Source: an uncultured Chloroflexota bacterium (GTDB lineage: Bacteria > Chloroflexota > Limnocylindria > Limnocylindrales > CSP1-4). Taken from it: 64,000 nucleotides of DNA. Numbering within the stretch: the stretch's first letter is position 1; every line of letters starts with the position of its first letter. Shown one piece after another: positions 58,300-64,000 of the stretch. A model generated the notes under the pieces. It was not told the origin of the DNA. It saw only the letters and a list, made by a program, of their open reading frames with translations, and ran no database searches. A program made the translations under genes and the position numbers. The DNA lies in contig CAIJPD010000006.1 in the NCBI GenBank assembly GCA_903822495.1, positions 25,790 through 89,789 on the forward strand. The letters are read 5' to 3'.

Positions 58300-60003
58300 A
58301 TGACCAGCCAGGACCGTCCCGCCAACCTCCAGTCCGCCACCCAGCCGTCCGCCGACATCCCGGTCATCCTGTACGACACCACCCTCCGTGATGGCACGCA
58401 GGGCGAGAACATCACGCTCTCGCTGGCGGACAAGATCCGGGTGGCACGCATGCTCGACGAGTTCGGCATGCCGTTCATCGAGGGCGGGTGGCCGGGCAGC
58501 AACCCGAAGGACATCGAGTTCTTCGCGGCGGCCAAGAAGATGACGTGGCGGACGGCCAAGCTGGCGGCCTTCGGGTCCACCCGGCACCGCTCCAACAAGG
58601 CGGAGAAGGACCCCAACCTCAACGAGCTGGTGGCGGCGGAGACGCCCGTCGTCACCATCTTCGGCAAGAGTTGGCTGCTGCACGTCACCGAGGTCCTGGG
58701 CGCCTCCGCGGCCCAGAACCTGGACATGGTGGCGGACAGCGTCCGGTTCCTGGCGGAGCGTGGCCGCGAAGTCGTGTACGACGCCGAGCACTTCTTCGAC
58801 GGCTACCGGGCCGACCGGGAGTACGCCCTGGGCACCCTGCGTGCCGCCCGCCAGGCCGGCGCCCGGACGCTGGTCCTGTGCGACACCAACGGCGGCACCC
58901 TGACGGACGACCTGCAGCGGATCGTCCTGGACGTGCGGGCCTCCCTGGAGGGGGACCGGGACGCCCCCGGCGTGGTCTGGGGCATCCACACCCACAACGA
59001 CGCGGAGCTGGCGGTCGCCAACTCCATGGCCGCGGTGGCCGCCGGCGTCCGCCATGTCCAGGCCACCGTGAACGGCTACGGCGAGCGCTGCGGCAACGCC
59101 AACATCATCAGCATCCTCGGCAACCTGGCGACCAAGACCGACTACGCCCTCGTCCCCGGGCGGGGTCCCGAGCTGGCCGGCCTGACCGAGCTGTCGCGGA
59201 CCATCGCCGAGATCGCCAACCAGAACCCGGACGACTACCAGCCCTACGTCGGCCGGTCCGCGTTTGCCCACAAGGGCGGCGTTCATGGGGCCGCGGTGGC
59301 CAAGGTGGAGCGCAGCTACCAGCACATCGATCCCACGCTGGTCGGCAACCAGGGCCGCCTGGTGGTCTCGGAGCTGGGCGGCAAGGCCAACACGGGGATC
59401 CGGGCCAAGCAGCTGGGCCTCGACCTGGAGGGCCTCCTCGACGCGAAGGAGCTGAGCAAGCTCATCAAGCAGCTGGAGTCCGAGGGCCAGGCGTTCGAGG
59501 GGGCGGAAGCCTCGTTCGAGCTGTTGATCCGGCGTCACCAGAAGGACTACGTCGTCCCGTTCCGGATCCTGGACTACACGGTCCTGGCCGAGCAGCGCGA
59601 GGGCCGCGAACTGCTGGCCGAGGCCACTGTCAAGGTCGAGGTGGACGGCGAGGTCCTCCACACGGCCGCCGACGGCAACGGTCCCGTCAACGCCCTCGAC
59701 AGCGCCCTGCGCAAGGCGCTGGGAGCGTTCTACCCGGCCATTGACGCGGTCCACCTGTTCGACTACAAGGTGCGCATCCTCGACAGCGGTGCCGCAACGG
59801 GCGCGCGGACCCGGGTCATCATCGACTCGGCCGACGGGACGCGGGAGTGGTCCACGATGGGCTCGGATACCAACATCATCGCCGCCTCGGCCAAGGCGCT
59901 CGCCGACTCGCTGGAGTACGCCATCTGGAAGAGCGGCTCCGAGGTGCGCCGCCGCGACGAGCGGCACTTCACCACGAACACGGCCGGCGGCCCGCAGGGA
60001 TGA
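58300..60003 (+). CDS. cimA: (R)-citramalate synthase (LeuA-family, CimA-type)
   Basis: DTTLRDGTQG and IEGGWPGSNPKD motifs typical of the CimA clade. 567 aa. Confidence 0.8.
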   Translation: MTSQDRPANLQSATQPSADIPVILYDTTLRDGTQGENITLSLADKIRVARMLDEFGMPFIEGGWPGSNPKDIEFFAAAKKMTWRTAKLAAFGSTRHRSNKAEKDPNLNELVAAETPVVTIFGKSWLLHVTEVLGASAAQNLDMVADSVRFLAERGREVVYDAEHFFDGYRADREYALGTLRAARQAGARTLVLCDTNGGTLTDDLQRIVLDVRASLEGDRDAPGVVWGIHTHNDAELAVANSMAAVAAGVRHVQATVNGYGERCGNANIISILGNLATKTDYALVPGRGPELAGLTELSRTIAEIANQNPDDYQPYVGRSAFAHKGGVHGAAVAKVERSYQHIDPTLVGNQGRLVVSELGGKANTGIRAKQLGLDLEGLLDAKELSKLIKQLESEGQAFEGAEASFELLIRRHQKDYVVPFRILDYTVLAEQREGRELLAEATVKVEVDGEVLHTAADGNGPVNALDSALRKALGAFYPAIDAVHLFDYKVRILDSGAATGARTRVIIDSADGTREWSTMGSDTNIIAASAKALADSLEYAIWKSGSEVRRRDERHFTTNTAGGPQG

Positions 60004-60512
60004 CCGCGCCCGCGCTCCAGCTCGCGCGCTGGAGCATCACGTCCGGCAGCAACGCGCAGAGTCGCGGGGTCGTGGTGATTGCCGCCGGCGAGCACCACTG
60101 GCGGGCGTCGGCCACCGGCAACGGTGCGGTTGACGCGCTCCTCACGGCGGTCGACGAGGCCCTCGCGGAGGTCCTGGCGGGGCACCCCAGGCTGGTCTCC
60201 TATGACGTCCACGCCGTGGCGCAGGGGCCGGACGCCGAGGGCCAGGTGACCGTGGCCATCCTCCCGCCCGAGGGGCTGGTCGGCGCGCGGGGCGACGGCC
60301 GCTACTCCGGGAGCGTCCGGAGCACCAACATCATCGCGGCATCCATCGAGGCCTACATCCAGGCGATCAACGCGATGCTCGCCGAGGCGCACTGGGCCGA
60401 TGCCCCAGGGGCGGCCGTCCGGCGCAGGCCCGGCAAGGCGGCGTCGCACGATCACCAGACCCTGCTGGACCCGGACGCGCCGCACGACCCCACGTCCTGG
60501 TTCGGGCATTGA
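60000..60512 (+). CDS. stand-alone LeuA allosteric/dimerisation (LeuA_dimer) domain protein, ~170 aa
   Basis: ATG overlaps the cimA stop (ATGA). Sequence ...NAQSRGVVVIAAGEHHWRASATGNGAVDALLTAVDEAL..., homologous to the C-terminal regulatory domain of LeuA/CimA. Confidence 0.6.
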   Translation: MTAPALQLARWSITSGSNAQSRGVVVIAAGEHHWRASATGNGAVDALLTAVDEALAEVLAGHPRLVSYDVHAVAQGPDAEGQVTVAILPPEGLVGARGDGRYSGSVRSTNIIAASIEAYIQAINAMLAEAHWADAPGAAVRRRPGKAASHDHQTLLDPDAPHDPTSWFGH

Positions 60513-61393
60513 CCCACGCGGCCGGCGAGACACCGCCCCAGCCGCACGCGATCGGCCTGGTCGCCTACTCGGGGGAGCCCGGCGCCTTCGCCGAGGACGC
60601 CGCGCTGGCCTTCGCCGGCGACGTGCCGCGCCGACCCGTGCCGGGGTTCCTCCAGGTCTTCCAGGCGGTCACCGCGGGCGAGGCGGACCTCGGCGTGGTC
60701 CCCATCGAGAACCTCGTCAACGGCACCGTCCGCGAGACCTACGACCTGCTCCTGGAGCACGAGCTGATCATCGTCGGCGAGGTGGTGGTGCCGGTCCGGC
60801 TGGTCCTGGCCGCGCTGCCGGGCCAGCGGCTCGACGAGATCGAGCGCGTCTACTCGCACATCCAGGCGCTGGGCCAGGCGGAGGCGTTCCTCCGGACGCG
60901 GCCATGGACCACGCTGACCACCTACAACACCGCGGGCGCCGGCAAGCTGATCGTCGACCGCCAGGAGCGTGGCTCGGCCGCGGTCCTCTCGCCGAGGGCC
61001 GCCGCGCTGTTCGGGCTGGAGGTGCTGGCGGCCGACGTCCAGTCCGTGCCGGACAACCGGACGCGCTTCTTCGTCATCACCCGTCCGGGGGCCGAGGGCA
61101 CCGTTCGGCCCGCGGCGTCGCACCGGGTCAGCGGGCGTCGGACCAGCCTCGCCTTTGCCGTCCGCAACGAGCCGGGAACGCTGCTCCGGGCGCTCCAGGC
61201 GTTTGCGCAGCGCGGCGTCAACCTGTCCAAGCTCGAATCGCGGCCCGGCCACGCGCGGGCGTGGGAGTACGTCTTCCTGGTGGACATCGACGCGGATGCT
61301 GCCGATCCCGAGTGCGCCGCGGCGTTGCAGGATCTGCGCGCCGTCTCGACCATGGTCCGCGTCCTGGGCACCTTCGACCGGGCCGCCAGCTAG
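60509..61393 (+). CDS. pheA: prephenate dehydratase (PDT + ACT domains)
   Basis: TRF and ESRP motifs. TTG start overlaps the upstream stop. Confidence 0.85.
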   Translation: MTHAAGETPPQPHAIGLVAYSGEPGAFAEDAALAFAGDVPRRPVPGFLQVFQAVTAGEADLGVVPIENLVNGTVRETYDLLLEHELIIVGEVVVPVRLVLAALPGQRLDEIERVYSHIQALGQAEAFLRTRPWTTLTTYNTAGAGKLIVDRQERGSAAVLSPRAAALFGLEVLAADVQSVPDNRTRFFVITRPGAEGTVRPAASHRVSGRRTSLAFAVRNEPGTLLRALQAFAQRGVNLSKLESRPGHARAWEYVFLVDIDADAADPECAAALQDLRAVSTMVRVLGTFDRAAS

Positions 61394-61415
61394 CGAGTCC
61401 GCCGTGGAATCGAAC

Positions 61416-61439
61416 GGCCCGCCGGCGGGCCGGCGGGCC
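61416..61439. terminator. GC-rich hairpin GGCCCGCCGG / CCGGCGGGCC between convergent pheA and mscL; candidate bidirectional terminator
   Basis: Read directly. No U-tract, as is common in high-GC genomes. Confidence 0.4.
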
Positions 61440-61510
61440 GAGATCCGCGGGGTTGGCGTCGGTCGGTAGCCGCCGCTTCGGTCGGTTGCCGCTGCGTCGG
61501 TCCGGCGGTC

Positions 61511-61912
61511 CTAGATCGAGCTGGTGCAGGCCCGGCACTTGGAGGCGTCAACGGCGTTCGCCTCCCTGCAGAACGGGCAGGTCTTGCCGGGTGCGGGCGG
61601 AGCCGCGGGGGCCTCCTTGAGGAACAGCTTGGAGATCCGCCAGACGATGAACGCGATGACCACGAACGCGATCACCGCGTTGATGAAGGCGCCGTAGGCG
61701 ATCGCCGCCTCGGGCTTGTCGCCGACGGCGGCCTTCAGGACGATCTTCAGGTCCGAGAAGTCGACGCCGCCGAGGAGGACGCCGATGGGCGGCATGATGA
61801 TGTCGTTGACCAGGGAGTTGACCACCGCGCCCAGGGCGGTGCCGATGATGACGCCAACCGCCAGGGCCAGGGCGTTGGTCTTGAGCAGGAATGCCTTGAA
61901 CTCGCCGATCAT
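61511..61912 (-). CDS. mscL: large-conductance mechanosensitive channel with C-terminal Cys4 zinc-ribbon extension
   Basis: MscL signature (MIGEFKAFL..GNVVDLAVGVIIG-like, NFLI-like helices). Tail CPFCR...CRAC. Confidence 0.85.
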   Translation of the reverse strand: MIGEFKAFLLKTNALALAVGVIIGTALGAVVNSLVNDIIMPPIGVLLGGVDFSDLKIVLKAAVGDKPEAAIAYGAFINAVIAFVVIAFIVWRISKLFLKEAPAAPPAPGKTCPFCREANAVDASKCRACTSSI

Positions 61913-61999
61913 GTGCGGACTCCTCCCGATATCGCGGTGGTGATGGCTCGGCGTATTGTGCGCGACCCCCCAGGAACGAGCGCAGGGCGATCCGATCGT

Positions 62000-62809
62000 T
62001 CAGGGGGCGATGGCGACCGGCATCCGGTTGCTGCATCCAGCGACCCCCGCGGCCAGGGCCGCGCGCTCGGCGCTGTCCACGGCCAGTGCCCAGCGGACCT
62101 TGACCGCCAGCCACATGCCCTGGTAGGTGCACCGATACGAGACGAGCGGCGGCAGCCACTCCGCCGCGTCCTGGTCGCTCTTTGATCTGTTGACGGCGGC
62201 GGTGACGGCGACCAGCGCCCAGTCGACACCGAGGTCGTTGGCGTACAGCCGGCGGCGGTCCGTCGTCCAGGTCCCGGCACCCGAGTCCCACGCCTCCGCG
62301 AGCGGGACCAGGTGGTCGATGTCCAGCGTCGCCGGGTCGGTCGTCTCCAGCCCGTCGTACGGGCTCAGCCATCGGCCGCCGCCCAGCCTGCAGCCGGCGC
62401 CCACCGTGGGCTTGACGATCGCCTCGGCGATCAGGACCTCGTCGCGGGTGTCGCAGCCGTTCTTGTCGGTGTCGATCCAGTGCGGGAAGAGCGTCCGCTC
62501 GTAGCCGGTCCTGGCCTCCGGGGCGACCACCAGCATCGCGAGGAGCTCGGGGAGCGTCCGCTCGCCGCTGGCCGCCGGGGCGCCCGAGACGGCGGGGGCA
62601 CCCGAGCCCGGCGACGACGTCGTACCGGCGCCTCCGCTGGGCCCCGCGGAGGCGAGCGCGCCGCGCGTCGCCGGGGCGGTTGGCGCCGGCGCTCCCTGGC
62701 CCGTGCCGGGCATCCCTCGCCAGCTCGCGACCAGTCCCAGGAGTGCCGCCCCGAGCAGCACGACGATGATCAGGAGCACGACGCGTCGGGGCCTGGCGGT
62801 GTCTCTCAT
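62000..62809 (-). CDS. membrane-anchored DUF1524 / HNH (His-Me finger) nuclease-family protein
   Basis: N-terminal TM RRVVLLIIVVLLGAALLGLV, Pro/Ala/Ser-rich linker, DUF1524 motifs (DIDHLVPL, NRSKSD). An alternative start lies 4 codons upstream (62821). Confidence 0.7.
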   Translation of the reverse strand: MRDTARPRRVVLLIIVVLLGAALLGLVASWRGMPGTGQGAPAPTAPATRGALASAGPSGGAGTTSSPGSGAPAVSGAPAASGERTLPELLAMLVVAPEARTGYERTLFPHWIDTDKNGCDTRDEVLIAEAIVKPTVGAGCRLGGGRWLSPYDGLETTDPATLDIDHLVPLAEAWDSGAGTWTTDRRRLYANDLGVDWALVAVTAAVNRSKSDQDAAEWLPPLVSYRCTYQGMWLAVKVRWALAVDSAERAALAAGVAGCSNRMPVAIAP

Positions 62810-62896
62810 GGTCGGGCCCATGATGCGCGGCGCGGGCGGGGAGCGCCAGCAACCCGGCGGCGGGCCACAGCGGAGGCCATCCGCTAGACTCGAATC

Positions 62897-64000
62897 GTGT
62901 CTGATCTCCGCCACAGCCGCACGGCCGCCGACCTCCTCGTGGAGTGCCTCGTCGCGGAGGGGCTGGAATACGTCTTCTCCGTGCCGGGCGAGGAGACCAT
63001 GGACGTGCTCGACGCCCTGTCGCGCACCCCGGAGATCCGCCACATCACGACGCGCCACGAGCAGGGTGCCGCGTTCATGGCCGACGTCTACGGTCGCCTC
63101 ACGGGGCGCTCCGCCGTCGCGATGGCCACGCTGGGCCCGGGTGCCACCAACCTCGTGACCGGCATCGCCGACGCCTTCCTGGACCGCGCGCCCATGGTCG
63201 CGCTGACGGGCCAGGCCTCAACGGACAAGCTCCACAAGGAAGCCCACCAGGTGGTGGACATCGTCCGGATGCTCCAGCCGGTCACCAAGTGGACCACCTC
63301 GGTCGGCCAGGCCGACCTCATCCCGGAGATCGTCCGCAAGGCCTTCCGGGTCGCGGACCTCGAGAAGCCCGGACCCACCCACATCGAGCTGCCCGAGAAC
63401 ATCGCCGCGACGCGGCTGGACCCGGCCCTCGGCCTGCGCCCCATCCCGCCGACCAGCCCCTCCTTCCCGGAGCCAAAGGAGGAGACCATCGCCCGGGCGG
63501 CCGCGCTCATCGCGGCCTCGCAGCGGCCGCTGATCCTGGCGGGGAACGGCGTCTTCCGCCGTGGCGCCGCGCCCGCCCTGCGGTCGTTCGCGCGGGGCCT
63601 CCACGTGCCCGTCGCCGCGACCTTCATGGGCAAGGGCGCCATCGACGACCGCTCGCACCTGTCGCTGATGGCCGTGGGGCTCCAGGCACGCGACCACGTC
63701 CTGACCGGCTTTGACCGCGCGGACCTGGTGATCTGCGTCGGATACGACCTGGTGGAGTACGGACCGTCACGCTGGAACCCCGATGGGAAGAAGCGGATCG
63801 TCCACATCGACACCACGCCAGCCGAGGTGGACAGCGCCTACCAGCCCGAGCTGGAGCTGATCGGCGACATCGACGGGACGCTTGAGCGGCTGCTCCTCGC
63901 CCTGCTGCCCCTCGGGATCGGCGGACGGAGCGCCTCGGAGCGGCACGCCAGCCGCGAGATCCTCGTGAACGCGGATCTCCGGACTGCGCTCCTCAACGAT
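62897..64000 (+). CDS. thiamine-pyrophosphate enzyme, acetolactate-synthase-like (5' partial; runs off window end)
   Basis: Not in the ORF track because it is open at the window edge. Translation gives ...YVFSVPGEETMDVLDAL...HEQGAAFMADVYGRLTGRSAVAMATLGPGATNLVTGIADA..., the TPP_enzyme_N domain. The GTG start at 62897 is tentative because its RBS is poor. Confidence 0.65.
   Translation, partial: MSDLRHSRTAADLLVECLVAEGLEYVFSVPGEETMDVLDALSRTPEIRHITTRHEQGAAFMADVYGRLTGRSAVAMATLGPGATNLVTGIADAFLDRAPMVALTGQASTDKLHKEAHQVVDIVRMLQPVTKWTTSVGQADLIPEIVRKAFRVADLEKPGPTHIELPENIAATRLDPALGLRPIPPTSPSFPEPKEETIARAAALIAASQRPLILAGNGVFRRGAAPALRSFARGLHVPVAATFMGKGAIDDRSHLSLMAVGLQARDHVLTGFDRADLVICVGYDLVEYGPSRWNPDGKKRIVHIDTTPAEVDSAYQPELELIGDIDGTLERLLLALLPLGIGGRSASERHASREILVNADLRTALLND

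Noticed and set aside
61548-62852. 434-aa − strand ORF spanning mscL and the DUF1524 gene
   Set aside because: Out of frame with both homology-supported genes, with an Arg/Gly/Pro-rich composition. A shadow ORF.

Overview
This is a high-GC (~70%) bacterial chromosomal window with Actinobacteria-like gene content and GC3-biased codon usage. Nearly all space is coding. Many long alternate-frame ORFs in the supplied track are GC artefacts and were reconciled against the homology-bearing frame. Order of content: (1) 0.2–11.7 kb, a catabolic island: an Fe3+/polyamine-type ABC transporter (substrate-binding protein, fused two-domain permease, ATPase) interleaved with three MR/MLE enolase-superfamily enzymes, then hydantoinase/oxoprolinase A and B. 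(2) 11.8–15.1 kb: a CAP-domain protein, a dihydroorotate-dehydrogenase-like flavoenzyme, a small orphan ORF and an LLM oxidoreductase. (3) 15.1–20.5 kb: three consecutive secreted proteins of unknown function (one DUF11-type), a NarL-family two-component system and a small Gly/Ser/Thr-rich secreted protein. (4) 20.8–33.0 kb, a lipid / branched-acyl-CoA catabolic cluster: an aldehyde dehydrogenase co-transcribed with three tandem, translationally coupled MFS paralogues; divergently, a crotonase with an SCP-x/Ltp2 thiolase-like protein and a DUF35 zinc-ribbon protein (hydratase–retro-aldolase); convergently, two family-III CoA-transferases and an acyl-CoA dehydrogenase; the convergent gap is repeat-rich. 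(5) 33.4–41.0 kb, an organosulfur-type cluster: an NtaA/DszA-family LLM monooxygenase, a nitronate monooxygenase, an NMT1/SsuA-like ABC transporter and an MBL-fold hydrolase. (6) 41–64 kb, a branched-chain amino-acid supercluster: a 2-hydroxyacid dehydrogenase, ilvD, a MarP-like protease, leuDC, then ilvBNC-leuA-leuB-cimA, a stand-alone LeuA-dimer-domain protein and pheA. This supercluster is interrupted by a small toxin–antitoxin/defence islet (48.0–51.4 kb) holding leaderless vapBC, an orphan Rhs fragment, AbiEi, an apparently truncated AbiEii and an unknown 458-aa protein. After the islet comes a classic ilvB leader-peptide/terminator attenuator. The window ends with mscL carrying a zinc-ribbon tail, a membrane-anchored DUF1524/HNH nuclease and a partial TPP enzyme. 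No rRNA, tRNA, CRISPR array or intact mobile element was recognised.
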